Below, in pieces: positions 10,378-20,245 of a DNA stretch of 64,000 bases (positions within the stretch are counted from its first letter, which is position 1; each line of letters begins with the position of its first letter). The DNA comes from a candidate division WOR-3 bacterium (GTDB lineage Bacteria; Hydrothermota; Tepidihabitantia; Tepidihabitantales; DTDR01): positions 9,716 to 73,715 of the forward strand of contig JBDRVN010000001.1 in assembly GCA_039801885.1 (NCBI GenBank), read 5' to 3'. Below the pieces are notes generated by a model that saw only the letters and a list, made by a program, of their open reading frames with translations, was not told the DNA's origin and did no database searches. Position numbers and translations under genes: made by a program.

Positions 10378-11739
10378 ATAATTTTTCTTCACATAATCTA
10401 TAGCATCTTCTTTTTTTTTAATTTTTCCTTCTAAATATAAATCTTCTATTTCTTGAAGAATTTTTTTAAAAATTGGACCCGGCTTTAATCCTAAATCAAT
10501 CAGGTCGTATCCACTGATTAATCTTATTTTCTTTTTCTCTTCTTCCTCTTTTCTTTTTAATTTAATCATTCTTTTTATTGCCTTTTCTAAATGTTTAGTA
10601 TAGCCAGCAGTAGCATAACCGTCAGCATAAGTAAGAATCATTAGTCCAAAGGCATAATTTCCTAAATCACGAAAAAATCTTCTTATTGCCCGGTCGGTTA
10701 AAACGGGTGCTGAAGATAAAAGATGAAGACGCATATGATAAAATATCAATTTAGTAATATGTTGAATATCATCATTAGATAGTTTTAAATCTTTTAAAAC
10801 CTTCTTCATAATTTTTGAGCCAACTGTTTCGTGTCCATAAAAATGGACTTCTCCATTTTCACTATTTTTTATTGTCAGTGGTTTAGCAACATCATGAAAT
10901 AATCCCGCCAATTTTAAGACTTCTTTACTATGAGATATTGAAAAATATTCTTTCCATTCTTTTTGGAACTGACCAAAAAACTCCTGATTAGCAATAATCT
11001 CTTCAATTTTTTTGTAGGTTTTTAAAGAATGGTTTACTAAATATTTTTCTTCAAAAAAAGGATAATTTAAAGGGAAAATTTGCGCTAAAAGTTTTATCTC
11101 ATAAAGTTTTTTAATATAAGGATAACTTTTATCGGTTGCTAAAATTCGAAAAAATTCGTAACTTATTCTTTCCTTTGCCACATTGCTCAACGAGATTTTT
11201 TTACCAATTTCAAAAATCTTTTTGTCAATCTTAAAACTTAATTCACAGGCAAATCTCATTGCTCTTAATATCCTTAACGGATCCTGATAAAGTACCAAAT
11301 TATTAGTTAAACGAATCTTTTTATTTTTCAAATCTTTTATTCCATTAAAAGGGTCAATTAACTTCTTTTCTTTAAAAGAAAAGGCAATAGCATTTATCGT
11401 AAAATCTCTTTCCGAAAGGTCATCGATAATTGTTTTTTTATTAAGACCTTTAAAATCAAAAATGGTTTTATAAGCCACGACTCTTGCCTCATCATCTGCT
11501 TCCGATAAAATAATAAGTTTACCTTTTATTTTCTCTCCGAAAATTTTTGCTCCCTTTATTCCACTATCGTTCACTATAAAATCAAAATCAACAGGTTCTT
11601 TATCTAAAATAATATCTCGGATAGTTCCGCCTACTAAATAAAAATCACTTTTTTTATAAATTTGGGAAAGAATTTCTACCCCTTTATTCAAAATTGGCTG
11701 TTTTTTTATATAATCAATTATTTTTCTAAGTTCTTCCAT
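10369..11739 (-). CDS. Class II tRNA nucleotidyltransferase with HD domain (possibly CC-adding type)
   Basis: VGGTIRD, DFDF, RDFTINA, DPLRILRA, LFHDVAKP and GHE motifs; short loop before motif D. Confidence 0.85.
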   Translation of the reverse strand: MEELRKIIDYIKKQPILNKGVEILSQIYKKSDFYLVGGTIRDIILDKEPVDFDFIVNDSGIKGAKIFGEKIKGKLIILSEADDEARVVAYKTIFDFKGLNKKTIIDDLSERDFTINAIAFSFKEKKLIDPFNGIKDLKNKKIRLTNNLVLYQDPLRILRAMRFACELSFKIDKKIFEIGKKISLSNVAKERISYEFFRILATDKSYPYIKKLYEIKLLAQIFPLNYPFFEEKYLVNHSLKTYKKIEEIIANQEFFGQFQKEWKEYFSISHSKEVLKLAGLFHDVAKPLTIKNSENGEVHFYGHETVGSKIMKKVLKDLKLSNDDIQHITKLIFYHMRLHLLSSAPVLTDRAIRRFFRDLGNYAFGLMILTYADGYATAGYTKHLEKAIKRMIKLKRKEEEEKKKIRLISGYDLIDLGLKPGPIFKKILQEIEDLYLEGKIKKKEDAIDYVKKNYLS

Positions 11740-13033
11740 ACCAATAAATCAAAGAAGGCAATTTAGGTCCTTCTTCTTTTATTAAAATTACCTCTTTTAA
11801 TCTTCTTTTTACTTCTTTTAATTTTTCTTTATCATTGGCGTGAATTTCTAATATAGGCTCTCCTCTTTCTACTTTTTCTCCAAGTTTTTTAGCAAAAATA
11901 AAACCAACAGAATAATCAATTTCATCTTCAATTTTTGTTCGTCCACCACCTAAAAAATTACAAAGAAATCCTATTTTTTTAGTATCAATATAAAAAATAT
12001 AACCTTTTTGCGGAGCAAGATAATATTCTTGGTATTTTGCTTTTGGTAATAAATTATAATTCTCAATTATCGCTTCTTCTCCACCTTGATTTTTTATCAT
12101 CTCTTGAAATTTTCTCAAAGGCTTTCCTTCTTTAATTAATTTATTTAGTAGCTCTTCTAATCTCTCTTCACTTTTAATAAGTTTGGTTCTTAGAAGAAAT
12201 TCTTTTGCGAAAGTAAATACAATCTCTTTCAAATCTACCAGTTGGTCGCCCTTTAAAAATTCAATTGCTTCTATCACCTCTAAACTATTTCCTATTGCTT
12301 TACCTAATGGCTGGTTCATATCAGTGATAAAAACACTTATTTTCTTTTTTATTAATCTTCCAATCTTTATTATCGTTTCGGCTAACTTTTTAGCTTCAGC
12401 AAATTTTTCTAAAAAGGCACCATTTCCGGTTTTTATGTCCAATAATAAAAAATTTATTCCTTCTGCCAATTTTTTACTCATAATACTCGCAGTAATAAGA
12501 GGGATTGATTCAATAGTAGATGTCGCATCACGGAGAGAGTATAAATATTTATCCGCGGAAACGAGATCTTCCGTTTGTTTGGCAATAAAAAATCCGATAT
12601 TTTCGATTGCCTCTTTGCATTCCTCATAAGTAAGTTTTGTTTTAAAATTTGGTATAGAAGATAGCTTATCAATCGTGCCACCGGTATGGCCTAAGGATTT
12701 ACCAGCAATCATTGGGATTTTAAATCCTAAAGCAGCCAAAATCGGAGTTAAAATCAAAGAAACTTTATCACCCACTCCGCCGGTAGAATGTTTATCAACT
12801 ACATATTTTTCTTTAAATTTAAAAATTTTGCCGGATTTCATCATTGCTAAAGTTAAATTAGTGATTTCTTTAAAATTCAAGCCTTGAAAATAAATTGCCA
12901 TTAAGAAAGCAGAAGCTTGGTAATCAGGAATTTTTTTATTTATTAAATTTTTAATAAAAAATTCAATTTCTTTCTTAGTCAACTCTAATCCATCTCTTTT
13001 TTTTCTAATTAAAGAAAGAAAATTAATTTCCAT
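11726..13033 (-). CDS. pdp: Pyrimidine-nucleoside (thymidine) phosphorylase
   Basis: KKRDG, DKHSTGGVGDK, LGHTGGTIDKL and SIMSKKLAEG motifs. Confidence 0.92.
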   Translation of the reverse strand: MEINFLSLIRKKRDGLELTKKEIEFFIKNLINKKIPDYQASAFLMAIYFQGLNFKEITNLTLAMMKSGKIFKFKEKYVVDKHSTGGVGDKVSLILTPILAALGFKIPMIAGKSLGHTGGTIDKLSSIPNFKTKLTYEECKEAIENIGFFIAKQTEDLVSADKYLYSLRDATSTIESIPLITASIMSKKLAEGINFLLLDIKTGNGAFLEKFAEAKKLAETIIKIGRLIKKKISVFITDMNQPLGKAIGNSLEVIEAIEFLKGDQLVDLKEIVFTFAKEFLLRTKLIKSEERLEELLNKLIKEGKPLRKFQEMIKNQGGEEAIIENYNLLPKAKYQEYYLAPQKGYIFYIDTKKIGFLCNFLGGGRTKIEDEIDYSVGFIFAKKLGEKVERGEPILEIHANDKEKLKEVKRRLKEVILIKEEGPKLPSLIYWYGRT

Positions 13034-13107
13034 TTTATATTATAATTTAAGACTTGTGTTTTTTCAAATTTTGACATTTAGCAAATTTTTATTATGATTA
13101 ATAAATA

Positions 13108-13563
13108 ATGATAAGGAATAAAATAACTAAGAAGCGATTAGATAAAGGACCGATAGCAATTATTGAATGTCCCGAAAAAATACCGTGCAATCCCTGTGTA
13201 AACTCTTGTCCGAAAGGAGCAATTGTTATTGAAGATTCTTTAATTGAAATTCCCAAAATTGATTACGAAAAATGTGTTGGCTGTTTTTTATGCATTCCTA
13301 AATGCCCAGGGTTAGCAATCTTTGGAGTTCACTATAATTACACAAAGAAGGAAAGTTTACTTTTTCTACCTTATGAATTTTTACCAAGACCTAAAAAAGG
13401 AGATATTCTGTGGGGACTTGATCGTAATGGCAAAAAGGTTTGTAAGGTAACTGTTGAGAAAGTTATTGAAAATCCTAATTTTAATCGCTGTGCTATCATC
13501 CAAATCAGAGTAAAAAAGAAATATTTCGATAAAATTCAGATGATTAGTTATGAAAAAAAATAA
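13108..13563 (+). CDS. 4Fe-4S dicluster ferredoxin-domain protein (sarcosine oxidase/proline dehydrogenase-type accessory subunit)
   Basis: ECPEKIPCNPCVNSCP and CVGCFLCIPKCPGLAI motifs. Confidence 0.8.
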   Translation: MIRNKITKKRLDKGPIAIIECPEKIPCNPCVNSCPKGAIVIEDSLIEIPKIDYEKCVGCFLCIPKCPGLAIFGVHYNYTKKESLLFLPYEFLPRPKKGDILWGLDRNGKKVCKVTVEKVIENPNFNRCAIIQIRVKKKYFDKIQMISYEKK

Positions 13564-13819
13564 TTTTATTATTTGTCGGTGTGAAGATATCACTTATAAA
13601 GAAATTGAAGATTTAATTAAAAAAGGTTTTACTTTGGAAGAGATTAAAAAATTGACACGGTGTGGAATGGGGTATTGCCAAGGAAGAACTTGTTTTAACA
13701 TTCTTATTCGTTTATTAAATCTCTGCGAACAAAATCTTATTCCTAAAAAAAGGCCGCCTTTAAAACCTATCGCTATTAAAGAGATTATAAAATATTTTGA
13801 AAATGAAAAACAGCTTTGA
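13550..13819 (+). CDS. BFD-like [2Fe-2S] protein
   Basis: ICRCEDIT, TRCGMGYCQGRTC and RPP motifs. Confidence 0.85.
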   Translation: MKKNNFIICRCEDITYKEIEDLIKKGFTLEEIKKLTRCGMGYCQGRTCFNILIRLLNLCEQNLIPKKRPPLKPIAIKEIIKYFENEKQL

Positions 13820-14936
13820 TGCAGTAATTATTGGTGCTGGAGTAATTGGTGCGGCTACCGCATATTATTTGACTGAATTAGGATTAAAAGTGGCAATTAT
13901 TGAAAAAGATTATCCCACCGCCGGTTCTACAAGTAGATGCATCGGCGGTGTTCGCCAACAATTTGCTCACCCACCAACAATCCAGTTAATGATTCAATCA
14001 GTAAAGTTATTAACCGAATATCAGAATGATTTAAAATGGAATATCGAATGGTATCAAGGCGGATATCTTTTTTTAGCTCATTCGGAAGAAAAAAAAGAAA
14101 GTTACCTAAAAGCAATAGCTATTCAAAAAGAATTTAATTTACCAGTAAGTTTTTTATCTCCCGAAGAATGTCAAAAAATTGTTCCGGAATTAAATTTAGA
14201 AGGACTTTTAGGCGGTGTTTTTTGCCCAACGGATGGCCAAGTTAATCCTTTTAAATTAACTTTTAATTATTTAAATGAGATAAAAAAGAAGAAAGGCAAA
14301 CTTTATAATTTTCAAAAAGTTATCAAAATTGAAATCAAAAATTCAAAAGTAATTGGGTTAAAAACCAATAAAAATGAATATTTTTCTTCACCAATAATTA
14401 TCAACTGTGCTGGACCTTTTGCTAAAGAAGTTGGGAAATTAGTAAATTTAGATATTCCAATAGAACCAGAAAGACACGAAGCAATTGTGACAGAAAAAAT
14501 TGATAAATCTTTTCCCTGTATGATTGTTGATTATCGAGAAGACGGTTGCTATTTTGTTCAAAAACATACTACAGGAAATATTGTTGGTTGTTATACACCA
14601 ATACCTAATATCCCAGGTTATTCTTTAGATTCTTCTTTTGAATTTTTTATTGAAATGTCAAGAAGAATGGTAAGAATAATCCCTAAATTAAAAGAAATAA
14701 GAATTTTACGCCAATGGGCAGGAAGCTATGAAATGACTCCGGATGGTAATCCAATTGTTGGTGAAACCCCGATTGAAGGATTTTATCTAAATTGTGGAAT
14801 GTGTGGGCACGGTTTGATGTTTGCTCCAGCGATTGGTAAAGCTTTGGCTTATTATATTGTAAAAAAAGAATTTATATTGCCTTTAAAGGATTTTTCTCTT
14901 TTTCGAGATTTTTCTAAAAAAGAAGTAATGAAATAA
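13803..14936 (+). CDS. FAD-dependent amino-acid oxidoreductase, DAO family (sarcosine oxidase beta / proline dehydrogenase-like)
   Basis: IIGAGVIG, GSTSRCIGGVRQQF, RQWAGSYEMTPDGNPIVG and GHGLMFAP motifs. Confidence 0.88.
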   Translation: MKNSFDAVIIGAGVIGAATAYYLTELGLKVAIIEKDYPTAGSTSRCIGGVRQQFAHPPTIQLMIQSVKLLTEYQNDLKWNIEWYQGGYLFLAHSEEKKESYLKAIAIQKEFNLPVSFLSPEECQKIVPELNLEGLLGGVFCPTDGQVNPFKLTFNYLNEIKKKKGKLYNFQKVIKIEIKNSKVIGLKTNKNEYFSSPIIINCAGPFAKEVGKLVNLDIPIEPERHEAIVTEKIDKSFPCMIVDYREDGCYFVQKHTTGNIVGCYTPIPNIPGYSLDSSFEFFIEMSRRMVRIIPKLKEIRILRQWAGSYEMTPDGNPIVGETPIEGFYLNCGMCGHGLMFAPAIGKALAYYIVKKEFILPLKDFSLFRDFSKKEVMK

Positions 14937-14939
14937 ATA

Positions 14940-14968
14940 TTGATTTTTATGAAAAAAATATTTATAAT
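14940..14968 (+). promoter_or_regulatory. Sigma70-type promoter upstream of the GYD / candidate selenoprotein / TPR operon
   Basis: TTGATT-N17-TATAAT, followed by SD AAGGAGG before ATG 14988. Confidence 0.65.
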
Positions 14969-14987
14969 AACTAATTAAGGAGGAAAA

Positions 14988-15275
14988 ATGGCTTATTATA
15001 TTTTATTAACAAAATTGACTGATGAAGGAAGAAAAACTTTGAAAGATTATCCACAGAGACTAAAGGAAGTAAACGAAGAAGTAGAAGAGATGGGAGCAAA
15101 GATTATTGCCCAGTACGCGATTCTTGGCGATTATGATTTTATTAATATTTTAGAAGCACCGGATAATGAAACGATTGCTAAAATCTCCACCGAACTTGGT
15201 TCAAGAGGAACAATTCAAATAACTACTTATGGCGCAATTCCCATCGATGATTTTTTAAAAGCAATTAAAAAATAG
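14988..15275 (+). CDS. GYD domain protein
   Basis: MAYYILLTKLTDEG...LGDYDF...EAPD pattern. Confidence 0.85.
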   Translation: MAYYILLTKLTDEGRKTLKDYPQRLKEVNEEVEEMGAKIIAQYAILGDYDFINILEAPDNETIAKISTELGSRGTIQITTYGAIPIDDFLKAIKK

Positions 15276-15283
15276 GAGATTTT

Positions 15284-17524
15284 ATGATTTATTTTTTATT
15301 AATCAGTTTTATATTTAATCAGCAATTAATTTTAAACGGTAATTTTGAGGATAGTTTAAACTATTGGCAGATTAGTAGAGGAACAGGAACTACTGATTTA
15401 AATGTATCTCCTTATCATCATCCCGACCCAGATAACGAAGTTTATCTCTACAAATATGATGCTGATTATATAAAAATATTTCAAATAATTGAGATCCCTC
15501 ATATTTATTTAAATTTTTCTTTTAGTGGTAAATTATTGGCAACCGAACTTAATCCTTCGGCTCCTTATTTTGCTTTTTCATCAATAATTTTAGAATATCT
15601 GGATGAAAACGAGAATTATCTTGGCCGCACAATGTTTATTTATAAGACTCCGCATTGTTCTTTGACTAATACCTCTAATCAACACCTTATTGAAATTACC
15701 GATACTCTTTGGGACGATTATAATTTAAATATTTTTGAAGAATTTGCCAATTTACCAGCAATAAATCCTTTTGCGGTCAAAAAAATAAAAGTTGTTCTTT
15801 TTGATTCCACAAATGGTTGTTGAGCAGGTCACTGTTGGGCGAAGGTCTTCGCCGACGATATTTCTTTAATTCCAGTTTTTGGCGTTGTTGCTTATCGTTG
15901 GTTAATTGATGATAATCCACCGAGAGGTAACGGTGACGGAATTATTAATCCTGGTGAAGAGATAAATTTGCCTATTTGGGTAAGAAATTATTCTTCAAGA
16001 CAAGTTAATAATATTATTGGTAAACTTAACTTACAATTTCCTGATCCGAATGTTACTTTAATTGATAGTGTAAAGAATTTTGGTAATATTTTACCCCAGG
16101 ATTCAGCATTTACTGGTGAGGAAGGATATCTTTTCCAAGTAGCAAATAATTGTACTAATGGCTATCGAATTAATTTTATTTTAAAATGTGAAGACGAACT
16201 TGATAGTTTTTGGCTTTCTTCTGTTTATTTAAAAGTGGGAACTGCTCTTTTTAGAACCGGAATTGTTTATGCCTTGGATACACCACCGGGAAATAATAAC
16301 CGAAGATTAGACCCGGGTGAAGAATGTGCGATTGCTATTCAGTTAAGAAATATTGGCTACGGAAATGGCTATAATATTTATACAATTCTAAAATCAGCCG
16401 ATACCAGTTTGAGAATAATCGATTCAATTGGTATTTACGGAAATATTCCGGCCGGTGAAAGCAGTATGAATTTATCTAACCTTTATTATGTTTATGCTAG
16501 TCCAAGAATTATTCCTGAAACACCTATACCTTGTACTTTGAAAATTTATGGTGATAATTTTTCTCAAATTCTACCATTTATTATTACGGTTGGTGAATTA
16601 AGACCTTGCGATCCAGTAACCGATGGTTTTTATTGGGTTTATGAAGATATTGATACTTTCTATTCGGAATGTCCAAATTATGAATGGGTTGAAATAAGAG
16701 GTCAAGGCGTGCGTTTAAATTTAGGAGATGATGAAACATCGGTAATTGATTTACCAGGTTACTTTGGGTTAATTAAATATTACGATACCTATTATAATCA
16801 AATATCTATTTGTTCTAATGGTTGGGCAGCAATTGGTTATACTACGAGAGCTGATTATTCCAACACTCCTTTACCTTCCCAAATACCAAATCAACTTGCT
16901 TGTTCTTGGGATGATTATTATCCACCAATCGGTGGCGGTATTTGGTATTATTTTGACTCTTTAAATCATCGGTTAATTATTGAATGGGATTCTGTCCATT
17001 ATTTCTCACCAAGAGACCAGTGGGATAAATTTCAGATTATTATTTATGATACAACTGTAAGAACAATTAATGGTAATAATGTTATCTTTTTCCAATATTA
17101 TTCTAATAATTACTATCTCTCTAATACTGTTGGTTTTCAAAATCTAACAGGGACTTCTTTTATTAACATTCTTTATAACACTCAAATTTCTCGAGGTTTT
17201 GATAGTTTAAGACAAGGAAGAGCAATTAAAATTACTCCTAACCCTCCTCAGGTATCAATTGAAGAATCTTCTAATAAAGAAATAATAAGAAAAACAATTA
17301 TTTCCCAAAAGAAAAAGATAAAATTCTACTCGCAAAAAGATAAAGAATATACTATTTTTATTTACAATCTTAATGGTCAGTTAATAAAAAAAGAAAATAA
17401 ATATTTTAAAAAAGGTTGGCAAACCTATAATATTGATAAAAAACTACCAAAAGGCATCTATCTTATCTTTTTAAAAACTACTGATGAAAAAATCTCAAAA
17501 TTTAAAATCCTAATGATTGAATAA
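15284..17524 (+). CDS. Candidate secreted selenoprotein, 746 aa if TGA 15821-15823 is read as Sec: signal peptide, CBM-like domain, two (D/N)PGE Ig-like repeats, beta-rich domain, T9SS-like C-terminal domain
   Basis: ORFs 15284..15823 and 15968..17524 share a frame and the 48 codons between them are open. The NGNFE..W domain closes with VFADDISL after the TGA. A SECIS-like hairpin lies at 15834-15856. Confidence 0.75.
15834..15856 (+). promoter_or_regulatory. Putative bacterial SECIS element
   Basis: GTT-G-GGCGAA-[GGTC]-TTCGCC-GAC hairpin starting 10 nt after the in-frame TGA. The G-led apical loop is 20 nt from the UGA, and the GC-rich codons are atypical for this genome. Confidence 0.7.
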
Positions 17525-18831
17525 TGGAAGAAACAAATAAGACAAAAGAATTATTAAAAGCAATAAAAGATGGGAGGATTGATGAAATCCTTGCAAATAT
17601 TAGTTATTCTGACATACCGATTTTAGAAAAAGTTGGTGTTCTTCTCAATATCTATTCCGATCCCAATTATGCCAAAAAGATATTTGAAAGAATTCTTGAT
17701 TTAGACCCAGAAAATCTTTCGGCAAAATATTCATTAGGTTTTGCCTATTTTCGGTTAGAAGATTGGAACAAAGCCCTTTTCTATTTTCAAGAAGTTCTAA
17801 AAAAAGACCCAACCAATAGCCCCTGCTGGCAGGAAGTAGGAATAATTCAAATGAAAATAGGAGAATATGAAAAGGCATTAGAATCTTTTCACAAAGCGAT
17901 TGAATATTCGCCTTTTGATGCCCTTCCTTATTTTCAATTAGCTAAAGTTTCTTCCCAATTACAAAATTATGGAGAGGCTTTAGAATATATTAACAAAGCA
18001 ATTGAATTAAGACCAAAAGATATAAAAATCATTAAAGAAAAAGCGAATATTTTAATTAATTTACAAAAATATGAAGAAGCCCTTGCTCTTTTACAAGAAA
18101 TAATCGAAGAAAACCCTAACGATTTGGATGCACTCTTAAATATCAGTTTTATCTTTTGTCAACTTAAAAAATATGATTTAGCATTAAAGTTTGTTAACCA
18201 AGCAGTAAAATTAGCACCAAACGATTCAAAGGTATTGGTGACAAAGGGATATATTTTAGGTAAATTAGGAAGAATAAAAGAGGAACTAAAATATTATGAA
18301 AGAGCAACAATAATAAATCCCAATGATTGGCAAGCCCATTTTAACCAAGGTGTTTTATATTACGAACTTCAAGAAAAAGAAAAGGCATTAGAATCTTTTG
18401 AAAGGGCATTAAAATTAAACCCCGATTCTTCTGAGGTTCATCATAATATAGGAATTTTATATTTAGAGAAAAAAGAAGGAGAAAAGGCGTACTATCACTT
18501 ATTAAAAGCCGTTCAACTAAATCCAAAGATTGGTAATTATTGGTATTCCTTAGGATTGCTTTATTTAGAAACTGGGGATGCCAAAACTGCTTCCCAATGT
18601 TTTGATGAAGGTTTAAAATATGACCTCAATTCCTATTTATTATTTTCTGGTAAAGCATTAGCATTAAAAGAAATGAATCGCTTAGAAGAAGCATTAAGGT
18701 TTATTAATGAAGCAATTACAATTAATCCTAACTACTTCCAATTGTGGTATGATAAAGGCGAAATCCTTGAAAAAATGGGAAGAAAAGAAGAAGCCCAAGA
18801 ATGTTTTAAAAAAGGAAAGGAATTGGTATAA
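17524..18831 (+). CDS. Tetratricopeptide repeat protein
   Basis: About 11 tandem 34-aa TPR units (e.g. ALESFHKAIEYSP, AHFNQGVLY); start overlaps the upstream stop (TAATG). Confidence 0.9.
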   Translation: MEETNKTKELLKAIKDGRIDEILANISYSDIPILEKVGVLLNIYSDPNYAKKIFERILDLDPENLSAKYSLGFAYFRLEDWNKALFYFQEVLKKDPTNSPCWQEVGIIQMKIGEYEKALESFHKAIEYSPFDALPYFQLAKVSSQLQNYGEALEYINKAIELRPKDIKIIKEKANILINLQKYEEALALLQEIIEENPNDLDALLNISFIFCQLKKYDLALKFVNQAVKLAPNDSKVLVTKGYILGKLGRIKEELKYYERATIINPNDWQAHFNQGVLYYELQEKEKALESFERALKLNPDSSEVHHNIGILYLEKKEGEKAYYHLLKAVQLNPKIGNYWYSLGLLYLETGDAKTASQCFDEGLKYDLNSYLLFSGKALALKEMNRLEEALRFINEAITINPNYFQLWYDKGEILEKMGRKEEAQECFKKGKELV

Positions 18832-18900
18832 TTTATATCTTGACAATAGTTGCTTTTTCAGTGGTATCGAATACAAATTATTTTTAAAGAGATTTGTTAT

Positions 18901-19070
18901 AAAGATAGGAACGTATCCCCTCTGTCTTTTTGTTTGTCTTAGCAAGTGTTTTATCCATAATCTTAATTATTATCTTAGTGTAGAACTTTTTAGATATATT
19001 AATTATATTAATATTGAACTTTTGAAGTTATTTATTAAACAACTTTATAAGTGTCTTATTAGAGAATAAC
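18901..19070. repeat. Intergenic element: aaagatagg(g)aacgt.tcccc head plus ~12-nt periodic tail, related to 39531..39770
   Basis: Head is nearly identical to 39531-39551; units tgtctttttgtt / tgtcttagcaag / tgttttatccat / aatcttaattat / tatcttagtgta. Confidence 0.55.
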
Positions 19071-19119
19071 TTAATTTTACCGATAATAATATTTTTTATA
19101 TTAACTGCCAGGGAAGTTA

Positions 19120-19776
19120 TTATATATCATATATCCCATAATCTATTTTCTTTTTTCTTTTTCTAAAAAATAGACCCATTATTAGACCAATAACAAAACC
19201 TCCAATATGGGCTGACCAAGCAACACCGGAAATTCCCATTGAACTATATAATAATTGTAATAGAATCCATATACCCAGGAAAAGGAAGGCAGGAACCAAA
19301 GCAATTCTTAGAAAGAAACCAATTGGTATTAACGTTAATATCCGAGCATTAGGAAATAAAATTAAATAAGCACCAAGAACACCGGAGATCGCACCAGAAG
19401 CACCAATCATTGGAACTTGGGAATATGGATTTCTTAAAATATGAAGAAAAGAACCTGCTAAACCGCTTAAAAAATACATAACAAAAAACCAAAAATGACC
19501 CAATATATCCTCAACATTATCACCAAATACCCATAAATAAAGCATATTACCAAGAATATGGATAAAATTACCATGTAAAAACATTCCAGTAAATAAAGTA
19601 AGAAGTCTTTCACCGTTAATTATCGAAACTGGAATTATCCCATATTCTAAAATAAAATCTCTTAAATAAGTGCCCAGTGTTAATTCATATAGAAATATTA
19701 AAACATTAATTATTAAAATTAAATAAACAAAAATAGGTCTCTTTAATGAAGGAATATCATCTCTTAATGGTATCAT
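19120..19776 (-). CDS. Rhomboid family intramembrane serine protease
   Basis: MIPLRDD start; MFLHG..HILGNMLYLWVFGDNVED, GASGAISG and AHIGGF motifs. Confidence 0.92.
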   Translation of the reverse strand: MIPLRDDIPSLKRPIFVYLILIINVLIFLYELTLGTYLRDFILEYGIIPVSIINGERLLTLFTGMFLHGNFIHILGNMLYLWVFGDNVEDILGHFWFFVMYFLSGLAGSFLHILRNPYSQVPMIGASGAISGVLGAYLILFPNARILTLIPIGFFLRIALVPAFLFLGIWILLQLLYSSMGISGVAWSAHIGGFVIGLIMGLFFRKRKKKIDYGIYDI

Positions 19777-20245
19777 CTTTTTCAATTAACACAACACAAA
19801 AACAACTTACCACATCTTTAAAGTTAAACCCTTCCCAGGTCTTTGCTTTAATTCCGATATTTTCTTTATTTACATTTAGGATTTTTAAAATATTTTCTTT
19901 CATCTTGGAAATATAGGGCATAATCTTTGGTCTATCAATTATAATAACCGCATCAATATTTCTTATTTTATAACCTTTCTTTTTCACCTTTTTGTAAACT
20001 TCTTTTAAAATAATTGAAGAAGAAAGCCCTTTTATCTTTTCATCGGTATCTGGAAAATAATACCCAATATCGTATTCACCGATTGAACCTAAAAGGGCGT
20101 CACTTAAAGCATGAAAAAGTATATCAGCATCGGAATGGCCGGATAATCCATAAGAAAAAGGAATCTTAACACCACCAATTATTAACTTTCTTTTCTTTCT
20201 TAATGGATGGGAATCAAAACCTAAACCAATTCTTATCTCTTTCAC
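19757..20245 (-). CDS. ispF: 2-C-methyl-D-erythritol 2,4-cyclodiphosphate synthase
   Basis: RIGLGFDSH, GHSDAD, DIGYYFPD and KAKTWEG motifs. Confidence 0.93.
   Translation of the reverse strand: MKEIRIGLGFDSHPLRKKRKLIIGGVKIPFSYGLSGHSDADILFHALSDALLGSIGEYDIGYYFPDTDEKIKGLSSSIILKEVYKKVKKKGYKIRNIDAVIIIDRPKIMPYISKMKENILKILNVNKENIGIKAKTWEGFNFKDVVSCFCVVLIEKDDTIKR

Noticed and set aside
12183-12887. Antisense and nested ORFs within pdp and other housekeeping genes
   Set aside because: They lie within well-supported genes and have no motifs or initiation signals.
15821-15823. Genome-wide UGA reassignment (code 4/25) as the explanation for the in-frame TGA
   Set aside because: TGA terminates porD, tmk, xerC, recO, tadA and pdxJ at expected lengths, often in ATGA overlaps, and Trp is encoded by TGG throughout.
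15834-15870. Hairpin as an intrinsic terminator for a 179-aa gene
   Set aside because: There is no immediate U-tract, and the frame continues with domain-completing sequence. Not fully excluded.
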